Assembly (NCBI GenBank): GCA_011109175.1 | Contig: RDEW01000013.1 | Location: forward strand, 910,181-974,180 | Direction of reading: 5' to 3' | Length of the DNA: 64,000 nt | Source of the DNA: Dicyema japonicum | Taxonomy: Eukaryota > Animalia > Dicyemida | Shown here: piece by piece, positions 47,110 through 61,345 of the stretch | How positions within the stretch are numbered: position 1 is the first letter of the stretch | Layout of the letters: the number at the start of each line of letters is the position of its first letter | Made by a program: the position numbers and the translations under genes | The notes under the pieces: generated by a model | The model's database searches: none | What the model saw: the letters and a program-made list of their open reading frames with translations, nothing else | Told to the model about the DNA's origin: nothing

Positions 47110-48250
47110 TTATTATTATTAACCCAAGAACACCAATAATTAATTTAATTACTAAATTAATTAAGTGATCTCGAAGGCCTCTATCAGATACTCATTTTCT
47201 CCTCGTGTGCTTTTTGGGATCCAACACAACTTCTCTGTAAGTGGGTGGTTTCGGGAATAGGAATTGGAGAGGGATGATGTATACCCTTCTCATAATACAC
47301 TTCTTGGTTGTGTATTGTTTAGAGTTGCACTGCCTGCACAGGGTAGCAAATCCTTGTCCATTTTGTCGGATAAGGTCTGTCGAAGGTGATCCCCTAGATT
47401 TTCAGATTCTTCGTGATATGTATTATTGTCCGGTTGATAAATACATCAACCGTCATTTATCCAATCGTTTGTCTGAAGTAAAGACGAATAAGATTTTTCA
47501 GTAGAGATATCAAGCCTGTTATAATTTAGCTCAAATTGAATTTTGTGAAGGTTTCTTGAAGTCTTTCTGATCCCTTGGAGATATATTGATCGTGGGATCC
47601 GACTAATTGGCCATCAGCATATAATAGGATGAAATCGTCTTTATTATGGGTTGTGGTAAATCGGACATATATAAGTTAAATAAGGCGGGTGATAAAGAGA
47701 AACTTTGTGGGACACAATTGGGTAGTATTCTTGAAACTGATTTGGTTTCATACGTGTATAAACGGGCCCTTCTTCCAATGACGAAGTGAGCAATCCAGAC
47801 AGTAATATATTGGGGTTGACAGTGAGAACAAACAATTTCTGGTTAGGATTTTCCTTGAGACAAAGTCGAAGGCCTTTTGTAAATCGATCGAGCAAATGAC
47901 TGTTTTGAGGTGACGAGGATTTGTTTTGAAGCCTTCAATGATAAATTGTTCATCCTCTTCAAGCCCTCACTGACATCTGAATGTGAGATTAAATTAATCG
48001 GCTGTGTTCTCTTCGGTCTTATAAATTTTCCTGAAAGGTTTGTTGCTTATAATGGCTAATGTTTAATGAGCTTGTTAAGATGTGTTGATCCGTCTGTTCT
48101 CTTTTAAAATTCCTATTGGAAATTTTATGTTTTCTCGAGAGTGCTTTAATAACAATAATATCGTACGAACTGAAGTTAAATATGATAGCTTTCAGATTAC
48201 AAATGAAAAGTGATGGTAACCAGTCCGACATGTCACAGTAGTATCGTGGT
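47110..48250 (-). mobile_element. Degraded Ingi/Vingi-like LINE RT and 3' end
   Basis: Minus strand SRILPNCVPQSFSLSPALFNLYMSD...ILIYADG. Tail GATCACTTAA...GGTGTTCTTGGGTTAATAATAA. Confidence 0.7.
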
Positions 48251-50559
48251 AGAGTGTATGGATAGATTCCCTAATATTTTTGAAATTGTAAATAAGTTAC
48301 TATAGTCTATATTCATCCCTACTCATGAGAAATACTAATCCAGAATGCAACAAAGAAATCCCATCGACTCCTGAAAAAATTAAAATACACTCAAAAATGT
48401 CAATTTTTTAATTTGCCACAATTTTAATTTTTTATATCAAATTGTTTGTTAAATCAGTGGAATTTTTTCATTCTGGATATGACAATGTTTTTTGGTTCAA
48501 TAATTTTAAAATTGAAGAAGCTTGCACATTTGAAAAACAAATATATAAATATTTCGTTCTAATTTTCCACATTTGGTGTTTTCTTATTAAAAATTCATTA
48601 TTACTTTTAAGATGATAAAATCTCGACAAAAAAGGTTTTCAGAGAGTTTGGGTTTTGCCGAAACGAGGCGGAATGTGTGAATATAATGCAGTCTATACTC
48701 CAGGAATAGTACTCTTCAGGTCTGTGGGATAATTATGTCAATGATAAAATACATTAAGTAGATAATCAAATATTAGTAGAATAAAAGAACAAATAGATCC
48801 GAGAAGTGATTTATATTATGATTAGCTAATAAGACATCCATCCTGTACAATGGAATTATCACGGTTTATTATTACTTTTTGTTTATGTTTCATAACTTAT
48901 ATTCTTCCAACACTTAAATTTTCCACTAAAAGTGATATAATGTCAATATTTTGTTTAGAAGTAATAAAACAACTGGCGAATACTAATCTATAATTAATAC
49001 TCTAATTACTAGTCAGCTGTTCTTATAGCTAATTCAGAGTATCCTCAATAGCCTGAGTGTCCACCATTTTGGCTATTAAAGAGAATTCTTTACCGGTAAT
49101 AGCACGAAAATATTCATCTGAACTTGTAAGAGATAACTTTAAATTAAGAAGTCTTGAGGAGTGAACATCCATTTTTTTGCTTTAAAATACAAATACAGTG
49201 TGATTAGATTAATAAATAAGGTATTTTGGAATCCGATGTGTAAATAATAATTTAAGTTGAAAAAATAATTTTTTCGAATAAAAATCCCAATTTTTTCAAA
49301 TCTAATTTTTTTGACAACTGTACATGTAAATGTCCTAAAAAATTAATCAGGGAGGGAATATTAAGGAAACTACTTTTGGGGGTTAGATCTCAGAATCACT
49401 GTTGAATCACCGGATATTGAGGAGAGTTTATTGAGTGCACAAATTTAAGATGAGGTAGTGATTCAGTATTAAATATGTCGTGGATTATTTCTAATAATGA
49501 TAATTATAGAAAACTCATAATTTCCTGTTCTTAATAACAGATCCAATTCTGTTATGGCGAATATGGATGTTATTAATCTACAACTGGGAGATTATATTGG
49601 AAGTACCTGTGAAATTACTCTCGTGGAACTGTGGATATCAAACTGAGAATATCAATGGAACCTATAATAATTAGTAATAATCAAGGCAATTTCCACCTAT
49701 CTAACATATATATTTGGTTTCCAATCAAATTCAATAAAACAGGCAAGAATGCGAGAATTTACAACTCAGATGATTTTACAACTCCATATAATTTAGAGGT
49801 TCAAGGATCTTACTCTTTATTCCAATTACATTTAGTTGAACTATCTAGTTGGTGCATGGTTAGGTTCAGTATCTCCAATTTCATTTCAAAAAAACACGAT
49901 GAGGGGGTGAATCGAATTTGTTAGATGTAATTAAAGAACAGACAGTTTTCCTCAGATTTTTGCTGAATGACATAATCATTATCACAATTCATCATATAGA
50001 ACTTAAACCTTAAGCTATGCGCACACACGCACAAGAGGAATATGTTCAAACAGTTGAGATCGCATGAAGTAGAGATCGCATATTTATTCTATAAGGAACA
50101 TCTTTATTTCACCGCGAATACTACAACATAAACCAAAATGTACACACATAATAAGATGCTTGATTAAATCAGCCACAACTGATGTCAGCATTGGATGATC
50201 ATCTGGCTGAACAGAGGGGCTTGTAATTCCAGATATAAACGAAATAATACTAAAAAACACGTTTTAAATTAAATCAAAAATTATAGTTGGTAGTTTGGTC
50301 ACTGGTGGAATCCTCCGATAGATTTTGTAAGATATTGATCCTTGAGCACACAATTAGTTTATTAACCTTTTTGATGATGGTCTTGAGGTTTTATAAATAA
50401 CTATATCTTGTAACAATGACACGTGGTTCATCTACGTAGAGGAATTTTTCACTTGAATTGACAGAATAGAGTTTCAACTTCTATCCAGCATCATGGAGGC
50501 GGATATTGTTGTATCCTGCTTTTTTACTGGAGGGACGTCGACGAAAATCCTTGACAAGA

Positions 50560-51350
50560 TCTCATTATAATGCAAGTTAACTATAAAAAAATCAGGACGA
50601 ATATTACGAATTATAACGCTTTAACTTCAGACATTCTGTAGATATCGCTATTTTCCGTGAGCCAAACTCATATTGCCCCGCAGCTATTGAATCACCGATA
50701 GAGAGGTAATCTAATTTTTGATGTGGAGATCTCAACGCCATATGTCTTCAATGACAGACTACCCAATTAACCGACAAGAGAGGTAATCTAATTTTGACTC
50801 TTTATAAAGCCAATGATTCTAAATCTCCCGAACATACAACATTGCAAGAAATCATAATCAACTTCACAAGGCTTGTCCATTTCTTCCTCAAAGATTGCCC
50901 ACTAATTTCCTGGAACGTCTCCCACGACTTCCAAAGTGATCATAATCCAATTATACTAAGTTACGCATTTCAAAACCTCAGAGCAACATTGAAGAATTAC
51001 AAGAAAACAGAGTAGCGAAATTTCAAGATATTCACTGACCGTAACGTGATTAAATTTTCATATTTAATTCTCTCGACATATGAGTGAACCATCTAAATAG
51101 TTTTATTCCAGACCAAAAAAAATATTATCTTTCGAGTAGTGCATAAATGCTATAATAATACGGAGGACGTGAGATCAAAATCAAGTCTACTCTAAATTGT
51201 TTCCGTCAAGGATCGCTTTACAATTTATTCTTAATCGGAGTATCTTGCCCAAGAGGGCTTGATTCAACGCTTCTAAAATATGTTGACAATTTAATTATTA
51301 CAAGCCGAGACAGTTATGCGGATCTACAAAATCAAAACATCATTCACACC
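50560..51350 (+). mobile_element. Degraded LINE APE/RT remnant related to 43050-45980
   Basis: CGDLNA and ISWNVSHDFQSDHNPIIL. Confidence 0.6.
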
Positions 51351-53073
51351 AAAACGCTATGTGGTATGCTGAATTCGATTCATATTGTGATTCTTACGAC
51401 TACTATCCATAATTGCTCATATAAATGTTAGTTAAGCCATGTCTCAATTTTAAATAATTTTTTGGATAAATTATACACACGTTGTCATTGTAATTGTTGT
51501 TTTATGAAACGTAACTATACACGATTAAAAAACAAACAAAAAATTGCCATTTTAAAGTTTATTGAATTACCAATAAAATATCAGAAATTTATTTCCAAAA
51601 AATATAATGATTTCTCGTAGATCTATTGATGATCTGAGAAGTAGAAGAGGAACTGAATATATGCTGAAAAACTTACGATCCTACATTTCTCGCAAAGAAT
51701 ATTTAAAGTTTAGTTTCAGTCATGTTATGTACAAATGTGGACAGATAAACGAACACTTTTACTAATTGGGATTTTACTAATTGGGCATGAAAAATGTGTA
51801 TAGAAAGGCATGAAACCTTCCAGTTCTCTACTATATCTACGAATAGTACGTCGAACCCTGCATCTCATAGGCATGTGACTTTTGGGGATGTTTATCTCTT
51901 CGAGACATTCACGAAGTTCGAAGATAACAAAAAATGGCTTCTAAAATTACGAGCGTTTTTACTTATCGAAAGTCCCAGTTTAATATTTCTGTAATCATTA
52001 GACATAAAAACCGAAAATGTGCAGTTGCGGCTACGACGAACGATTTATACGCCGTTACGTGCTTGGTTGCCTCGTGGAGGAAGATCATCCCAGTCAAAAG
52101 TCTCAATTCGAGCTTGTCACGATTACTTGAGAAGTTATTTTGAGTCATCGTGGTATTTTGAATTTTTCATATATTTATTTGGACGAATTGAGGAGGATTG
52201 AGGAAATGTCAAGAGGAAGTTCAGATTTTATGGAGTGCTGAGAATGTATTGAATATCGGTCCGGATAGTAGACAGGATGAAGATAAGGACTCTGATGGAA
52301 CCCATCTGTAGCACGTGTTTTATGTCAAATTGAATGAAATATTGAATATATGTAATAAATTCCCATATAGAAATACTCAATATTGAACACATTGATAAAT
52401 CTTGAATATATTGATTAATCATAATAGTGTAGTAGATAAGCTGTCGCGAGCCAAATCAATTACCGAGCCACAGACGTTACCTTTGACAGAAGAAACCAAT
52501 GTCAATCATTGTCAGAAAATAAAATAATCAATTATTTCAAAGCATACATTAACTAATTATTGATAATTATCTTTTTAAGGCGTTTAGAATGCACCTTCTT
52601 CGCAATTCCTCATATCTTTAACGTTGACAAAATTGTTAGACAATTTTTTCCAACAAGTTTTCAATTTTACGAAATATTATTTTCGTCTTTTTTGTTCTTA
52701 ATAAAAATCAGATTCGCCGCCACATTTTTTCTCGGCGAACCTCCAGAATAAATAAATGAAATAAATAATAATAGAAATTAGCGAGAATCATTAGGTTCGC
52801 CGTTCCTGGCGCCGCCAACTGTGGAATTAGTCACTCAGTAAAAAGTATCATTTGCTCACCATATTCCAAGAAAAATTTGTTTCTTGGACGGCTCTTTGCA
52901 TTATTCGTCTGACCTGTTAAGAACGCTCTGACCTGAATTTTTATACCGAGTTATAGTGCTGGATAGATAAATAAACAGACAGATCAAGCTGAATCATTTC
53001 ATTAATAGCTCGGGAAATTTGGACGTTCCTAATTCTGGATCTCGTAGAACGCTAAAAACTCGTAGAACGCTTG

Positions 53074-53497
53074 TATTTCAACATACATGATTCACATAAT
53101 TTGTATTTTCAATAATTCATCTTAGTTATCAACATAATTACTATAAATACTCAAATTCCTCGTTATTACTTTTCATTTAAATACCGTACTAAGCCAGCAC
53201 CAACCTGGATCATCTATAACCAAGAAACAACACACGTGGCTATCAGTGGGAATATCACTGTTTTCTGGAAGGAGGATGATAAAGTAAATAATTTATAAAA
53301 TCAGCTCCAATCGCATTTATTCAAAAACGTGAGAATTAAAACAGAATATATTAATTCGAATCCCCTTCAAATCATCATGGATAGCGGACTAGTCGATTTT
53401 GGGGTCACCGCCAGATCCGATGGAAGAAAGTTTGAAATTTATCAGCTTGAGATAACAATAAGTACTATAAATGCATATTTAGTCTGACAAAATACAA
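53074..53497 (+). pseudogene. Partial inverted duplicate (5' exons) of the LAMP-like gene at 42163-42956
   Basis: Near-identical reverse complement of about 42545-42969; bracketed by inverted repeats. Confidence 0.8.
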
Positions 53498-56400
53498 GCG
53501 TTCTACGAGATCAAACAATTTATTCAGAACTATCACGTGTATTGGCAATGTTTTATTGCTTGTCTGGAATACAGGAAATGTGTTGTTATTATTAGGCAAT
53601 AGGGACTGTTTGTACCCTTAATGGAGGCTATTCTTAGAAAGAACTGTTAAAACGAATGAAGGAATAAGTTATAAGATCTCGAGAGTTCTTGATGATAATA
53701 TAATTAAGCCCTTTGTGGAGGATTAGAATGTTTCCATAACTCATCTCAGTTTAGGCAGAACTCACTTTATTTGAGAAGTAAATCATCATGCTAATTAATC
53801 AAAGACATCGAAGGTAGTTTTAGCTTCTTGTTCTTTGCAGTTTGTTTTTTTGAGTCTTTGAGACAATCCGGATTCGCGGTGATTAAAAATTAAAATTATA
53901 CCAAAGACCAAAGGTAACAAAACTAAATAACTTCTTGACCATGACTCGTTCCAATATTTCAGAACTTGTCTCCAGGTAACGACATTGTACCCGGGAAAAA
54001 TAGTTCGCAGTAATGAAATCATTAATGACGACGTTACTCATCAATCCATATTTAATTATGAAATTAATAGTAAATATCAAATTTTATATCAATTAATTAA
54101 AAAAGTAAATTTTATTCAATTAATTAAAAAAAGTAAAATTTCAAAATTGTACGTGATGTAATGTTGTCAATAAACTTAATCATTAAAACAAGGTTAAATA
54201 ATGAATATAATCAATTTAGTATATTAAATAATACATAAAGACACTATATTAGAGATATCTGGTGATCTCTAACAAAAAAATTTTAGTTCTTGAAGAAGTT
54301 GCAAAAGATCGACATCCAGTAAATCGAGCCATGTTTCTCATTTGCATGAGCCTCATGGGATGATATGTTGGACAACTATGAGGAAAATCTAGGAAATGGA
54401 AGAGGGCTTTCAGAGTTACGGAGCGGTGGATGTGTGGGAACGTCAAACCGTGTCAACCCCGGTCCCGTAAATTCAGTCAGTCGTCCTGTACGATCATGCT
54501 CTCCCACACGGAAGGAACACCTGTCGAAAATGAGGTCACTGTTGGAATGCATCACGATTACGGAATTTACTGTCATGAATTTTCCTACAACATCTCACAA
54601 TAGTGGATGTGAATAAACATGATGTTTGGAAGGATTAGTCCCAATTTGACGGTAACTAGATTTTTTAATTCAGTGGTAACTAGATATCCCCTGTAACAAA
54701 TTTCCCTATATAACTATTATATTGGACTAATTAATATTGAACCTTATAAATTTGATGATCTTGAGCGTCAAATACGGCAACTGCTTACGACTTTCAAACC
54801 TGCAAATTAAAAGAGATTATTTTCATGCCGGAAGACTTTTAGGAGAAAACTTGCCTCAGTCACTTTCAATAGTGAACTGATGTTCTTCTAATTCCATAAA
54901 AATTTGGAAAGGCAGTCGGCTAAATATATTCCAAGGTAGGGGATTCTACGAGCAATTAAATCAAGGATATGGCATTTGGCTACAATCCCAGGATTTCTCG
55001 TCTCAAATATGCAATAACCGACAAGGACACATAGATATTCAGTTTCTCAGACCACTCTGACTCAATAATTGCTTGATAAAATTAATTGTAAAAAATGCAT
55101 GGAGGAACCCAATGTTGACTCTCAAAACCATGCTATTTGAACACAAATACGGGATGAAGGGTTCTGATGAAGACTGCACCTCTGCTACCTCTCAACTTGT
55201 GGAACTGGTATGCCGTGAGGACATCCAATTGGACTCTAACGGAGATATTTCAGCTGCTGTGGAGATGGGGAATAACAAGGAGTTGACGGCACAATTTTCT
55301 TTTAAGAGAAAGAGAGGGATTACCAGCAATCTGGATCAAAATCTGCTTAATTAGACAATTTACTCGTTTACTTTGTTAATCTTCATTATTGAGTTTATTA
55401 GTTTTTTAATTTAATGATGTGGTAGTTTATAAAGATATATTTTTAATTTATATTTTCTAAACAATTGAAATCTATACTTTAATACTTTTTGTTTTTTTAT
55501 AAATTAATTAAAAAGAAATTCATTTTTTAAATTATAAATAACTATGACGACAGAATGGCGAAGGCGTCTGATAATTGTCAATTCGAGTTTCTGCCTCAAC
55601 CAGAGCCTTTCCTGTGGCGAGATGCTTCCAATCCTGGAGAGATGTGGTCAAATGGTGTTGGCATTGCTGACAGCAGTGTGTCTCCACAGCAATGAGGGTG
55701 AAATGGGATTGGCATAGATGACAGATGGCTCAACGAATTGTTTGAGGAGATAAGGATTAAACAATAAAAAACATATTTTACTTTAATATTCTGAACTTCG
55801 CTGAAATCTTTATTTCATAGATTTGTTGTCCCAATCTGTTCAGCTATACTATACAATTTGTTTTGTATATTGATTAATTTATGATTTTTACTGATAGGAT
55901 AAGATGTATTACAAGAATTATTCAGACAGGAGGGCGCTTTCGATAAGTGTGGGTGATGATATATAGTGTTTGATAACACATGGACAGTTGAAATAAGAGC
56001 TATGGATACGTTTGATTTATTATTTATTTAACACCCAAGACCACGGTAAAACCAAAACTAATTATTACGTGATCCCGATGCGTTCCGCTAAAATCTCCAT
56101 TCTTTCCCGCTGCTCTTCCATCGTACTCACACAAGCTCGTACTGGGCGGCTGACTGTATTTGCAGGGCCACCTTCCCTCATGCCGGAGTTTTGTTTAATA
56201 GGAGATTTTATGTTAATTAGTATTATTAACTCTGACCTCCCTCCATTGTAGCGGGCCAGTCATACTCAGGAGTTCAGAAGCTAGTGCAGAACGCTTCTAT
56301 GTTCACCTGAGGCCCCTATAGGGGAAAGCTTCTTGTTGAATTAATTATAATTTCTCCGGACGTGGAAACCAAAAGCCCAACTTGGCTCCGAGTAGAAAGT

Positions 56401-56639
56401 GTCAAGAACGTAGTTGTGTAAGGGTCCTCCTTGTTTCTCTGTCAAGGGTATCCTCAGAGCCATTTATCAATGGGGAGAGCCATCCAACAGATCGTTCCAA
56501 AACAATCTTGGATTGGCTTTGGTGCGAGATGTGGTCATGTATTATCTTTAACTTGGTTTTATCAGGTGGAGACTGAAGAATTTTACCCAGTTCACGTAAT
56601 CGGATATTTTCAGAGATCGAATAGACAAATTAAAAAATA

Positions 56640-57950
56640 ATGAAAACTTTGATTGAATAAGCCATATTGAAGAAAACTCTTGAGAGTGTTGTAATAGGGA
56701 TAAAATATTAGATAAGGTCATAATCGAACATAAACAGTTACACAATTATAGAGATAACGTGGATGAAGTCAATATTTTGAAAACAATTAAGAAAGTGGGT
56801 ACAAATTACATCAACAGCCTTGATTTTATTTTAACAAAATTTCAAATTTCGAGGAGGTGAGTATAAAAAAATACAGGAAAGTAAATGCTTGTTAGTAAGT
56901 TACAGAATGTGAAGATTCTGACGTGGATTCCAAAACATTGAGGAGCGATATCTCAAAATTTTGGCAATCTTATAGAAATTTCAGATGCGCGAAAAAAGAA
57001 GAGATAAAAATAATTTCATAAAGTAAAAAATCAATGAGCAACAAAGGAACTAATGCAATAATTTTATTTGAACTCCACGTAGAAACTGTGTGGGAAACTA
57101 TGATACTCACATAGGTTTTGAGATGAACGCTGCTTTATTAGAAATTTCTAATAATTCAGAAATTTTACTAATAAAATTGATGGAATGCTAACATACTTAC
57201 AATATCCTTGGAACAGAATAGAAATATCGATAACCCTGCAAACTTACTCCTATGGAGAAGAACGACAATTTCAGGATACCACTTTGCCATAACAACAAGG
57301 GACATGGTGGATAAACTTTATAGATTAGATTATGATAGAAACATGAAGACTACTGCAGTTTTACTTAGTCTTTGAGATGTTCATCAGAGAGGAAAATGCG
57401 CTTCCGTCTGACGAGATTAAATGGGTAAAAGTCATCACTATAATCTCTTGTAGGAGGAGATCGCAAAATTGATCAGATTTGAATCTTCCAAACTACAAAC
57501 AGGCAAAAGAAACGAGCCTCAAAAGTAAAGAAATCGAATGACTTGGGGATCTCGGTAAATTTATACTTTTTGGTTCTAAAGTGAATCCACGTGTAAAATT
57601 TAGTCAGATTGTAGCAGAATTCTAGACCATGAGAAGAAGAGATTCTGAAGTTTTATTTAAAAACTCGTTTTAATGAATTTGGCTCAGTTCGACATGTGCA
57701 CACTGAAATCAATTGATTGAGATGATTACTATTTCGACCGTAAACATGTGAAGACTGTTGGATGGGATTCGAATCATCCATGAATGGGAGTAGATGACGA
57801 ATGAGGAGTTAATTCCTTTATCACGTGGATGAAAAAGTTGTAGCTGTCATGACTACCAATATTTTGAATAGCATCCAGCGGTTTTTTTGTTTCGGATTTG
57901 AAAGCTATCAGAGATTTTTTGAAGACCAGATTTGAATAGAAGGACACTAA
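56640..57950 (+). mobile_element. Degraded RLE-type (R4-like) retrotransposon debris
   Basis: Weak similarity to 26650-28140 (F..N..NF, RLLIKLM, RRDSE); heavily mutated. Confidence 0.35.
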
Positions 57951-58599
57951 TAAAGCAACAGCTCACTCAAGGAGTGTTAGGGATAAATCGAAGTAATTGC
58001 TTGAAGATTGACTCCAAGACAACCCAAAATGATGTGGACGCGTAGATTGAGGGACATGGATCAGACATTGTCGGTGATGTTGTTGAATCATTAGATCACT
58101 GGGTTAATGGAAAGGAAGAAAGTTTCCAACTGATCCCGCACCGAAAATAATGTCATCGAGTCCAACTGGGAAGGTCGTCCATTGTAGCCTGCCTCATTGG
58201 ATACGGTTGACGCTCGTAGTTGTATGATAATGTTGTGGTCAATGCTAGAGTGTGTGATAACCCAAAATGATGGTTTCGCAGATTAATGAATTATTGGATA
58301 GGTTATTAGAGAATTATTAAATTTTGTAATATTTTGTGTCACCGTCACTGCAGTCGGCATATAAGTGGACAGCATCAAAATGTTATTTATATTAATGACG
58401 TCCATATAAAATGTATCTTATTTTTTTCTAAGTCCCATTTTAAACCTATTTTTAATGGTTTAATGACTTCTGGAAAACTAAGATAGACAACAAAACAACC
58501 TAACGTCATAAGTGTATCCACTTAACACTACAGAAAGAATCCATCCGGAATCAGCATTGTTTATTACATTTAGAAGTTTTCCATTTTAAAATATTCATT

Positions 58600-58890
58600 T
58601 TTAATTCTAAAAGCTATTCCTTGCCCAAACCTAGGGACTATTTTGGACGACGATTTTTTTGAAGATGGAATCGGACAAAGGCTAGGACTATACGTTTGCC
58701 AGGATCACCGATGCCGATGCGGGAAAATAGTAGATGCGAAGGGATTGCACCCGCTGTCATGCAGAAGAAACGTCGGAAGAGGACCACTCACGCTGCTCTG
58801 AACGATGTGATCGTCAGAGCTCTGAAGGCTACAGGCTTTCCATCTCAGCTTGAACCAATGGGTCTCGATACAAGTAATGGAAAATTAAAA
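58600..58890 (+). mobile_element. CRE-like retrotransposon remnant
   Basis: PCPNLGTILDD...IGQRLG...CRCG...HAALNDVIVRALKATGFPSQLEPMGLDTSNGK. Confidence 0.7.
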
Positions 58891-59399
58891 GGATACGACT
58901 GTAGTTTTTTTTCGATTTTTAAAAAGCCAAGAATCTTACTTGTGTGAATTTATCTGGATATTTTATAAAGGAAAGTAGTGATAAAGTTAACAGAGTTTTG
59001 AATGTAATAATTCTACACGAATCTGAAAAAAGGAATTTAAGAAATTTATCATAAGAAAATTTACATTTCAGTAAAAATATAAGCGATTCTGTATATTTTA
59101 TAAAAGAATATAGAATGATCGTCAATCAATTATAAATAAACTTGTCTTGTCTTTGCAACATTTTGATAATAAAAAAATATTTATCTATGTTATTCGAAGG
59201 ATAAATTATGTTGATTTTAAAATTAAAAATAAATAATTAAAACAATTCATTAAATTATTATATAATTTAAATTTAGTTTATTTGTCGATACCGGTATTAT
59301 GATGTATATTTCAGTGAAACTCTATACAAAATGGTCAGAAACCGTAACGAATTCAAATTGTACATTTAGCATCATATATCTCATACATAGCATTATTTT

Positions 59400-60150
59400 T
59401 GAAATTTTTTTTACCTGAAGCACACCATCTAATTTCTGACTACCATTAGGGAAGCCATGGAATGTGTCAACGCGTGAAGAACCAGGCATTACTTAACTAT
59501 TGCATTAATAAGCAAAATTGAAATAATTTGGCATCTATGTGGATTGATTAGAAGAAGGCTTTTGATCGGTCATGAAATTCTGAATCAAGTTCTCGAAAAC
59601 TCTGGACTTCCTACCTTAATTTTGACCTTTGTAAAGAACTTGGTCACAAAATAGAAAATGGACTTGAATTTCAACTGGATTCTACTGTATTGCTTTCTAT
59701 GATTCATTCTTTTTGTCCTTCAGCTCTTAGTGTTTATTCCTACCTTTTAATTAGTTCCCAGAATAGGATCAATTCCAATTCCATAATAACTTCACATCTG
59801 ACTTCTTGTTCTCAGATCTAAATATTCCCTGAAGTGACAGGAAACAAGCTTGAGTAGGTACAACCTCCGAAAGGTACAATCTCCTGAAAAGAATAGGACC
59901 AAAACTCATCGAAGGGTTAACAATTAAATCAATTGCTTCCTATTGGACCTAACCTTGACAACCATCGCTATACATAATCCATGATGCGAATAATCAACAT
60001 TGATGAGGTCTTAACCAGCAGTCTTGTTATTTCAGAGAATATAATTGTTAATAAAATTCTAACTGGGGTGAGATTGAAGATCTACGACTGGAGCTTGTAA
60101 AGACCTCAGTCCTGGAAGCATTGCCAAGCCAAAATTATTCAAAATTTTTA
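59400..60150 (-). mobile_element. Gypsy-like integrase remnant
   Basis: Weak VDY...G.GID-like traces; many stops. Confidence 0.3.
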
Positions 60151-60370
60151 TTGTATATTGAAGTTTTTCTATATTAGTTTCTATTAATACTGAATTTTAT
60201 TTTTTTCCATCTGATCCGATGAGAGTTTATCTTACAGCAGCTTTACATACGATTAATCTATCACTAGCGTCTGAGGGAAATTCATTTCACGGCATTCTTC
60301 GATTAATGTAATTAAACCCACTTCATTGTTAATATTTCTTTGTGATAATTCAATATTCGAGAGAGGATCA

Positions 60371-60580
60371 AAAAATGCACTTCACTTCTTTGTTTTCATT
60401 TCTTGGGTGTATGTTTTTTTATAGACGATCCGGTTCCGCAGTGAAGTTCACTGATGACGGCACCACTCGTCAAGTCAAAGCATATTGATGCGTGGAACCT
60501 TCAACCGAAATGTGCAGTATCGTGATTCGAACTAGCGACCTTCAGGCCTCTTGCCCAGCGACCGTCACACTGCGCTACCC
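60371..60580 (-). mobile_element. tRNA-derived SINE
   Basis: Minus strand GGGTAGCGCAGTG...GTTCGAATC plus the shared body TTGACGAGTGGTGCCGTCATCAGTG...CTGCGGAACCGGAT. Confidence 0.7.
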
Positions 60581-60989
60581 GCCCTGGAAAAGCAAGGCAT
60601 CATATTCTTATGTGGTAGCTGCTGACCACTACATCTAAATTCAAAGATAACTCTAATGAGATATCTCAAAAAAATACTTTCCGAGGTAGTGAAGCTCTTG
60701 AGAGATGAGGATCACAAAGTCTTGAGAGATGAAGATCACTTGTGTTTATTGTCTTAGTGTAACAGATAATCCAAGCGTGTCTTAGTAGCTTACTCGTCTT
60801 TCCCAGTGTTTTTTTTGATCTGACGCACTTTCTGTACGTTTGTGCTACATGTAGATCAATAGAATATGTCATTCAAGATTCCTTCCAATGAGGAACCTCA
60901 GGTTTTAACAAGACTATCATTGACACTTATTGAATCAGACAACCTAGTCACGAACAGGTAAAGATTCTTCAGTTACCTCTGATAAATCC

Positions 60990-61345
60990 AATCCAAATAC
61001 ATTGCAGACCACATCCTCATCAAAGAATCCAAAGACTCGTTTGGGACGTCCTACTGGTTTGCCCTCCTCTTATCGTGGATGACTGATAGACTAGTCTCGA
61101 CAGAAAAACAAGGATTACCATAGCACAATTACGTTCTGGAAAATTTCCTCTAAAAAACGAATCGAGCTCATGGCATCCTCCACCGGACCAGTTATCATTG
61201 ATTCTTCAAGAAGTATTCTCCTGTCCGGAACCTCCGGTGAACATCAGAGACATGATGAAACGTCCAGCATTAGCTGCTGAACGCCTTAGGACAGTTGGGT
61301 TTTTCAAGGTAGCGAGGTCGAGGTTAATTGGTACCTGAATAATAA
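60990..61345 (+). mobile_element. 3' end of a Vingi/Ingi-like LINE (different subfamily)
   Basis: RITIAQLRSGKFPL...FSCPEP...RPALAAERL followed by TAATAAT. Confidence 0.55.

Noticed and set aside
52795-52830. HDV-like ribozyme or LTR primer-binding site (minus strand CCACA-GT-TGGCGGCGCCAGG)
   Set aside because: I could not build the nested pseudoknot and found no second LTR. It may be Gypsy debris but is unsupported.
54700-55354. pogo/Tigger-like transposase remnant
   Set aside because: Only a vague I..AW similarity; no DDE motif or TIRs identified.
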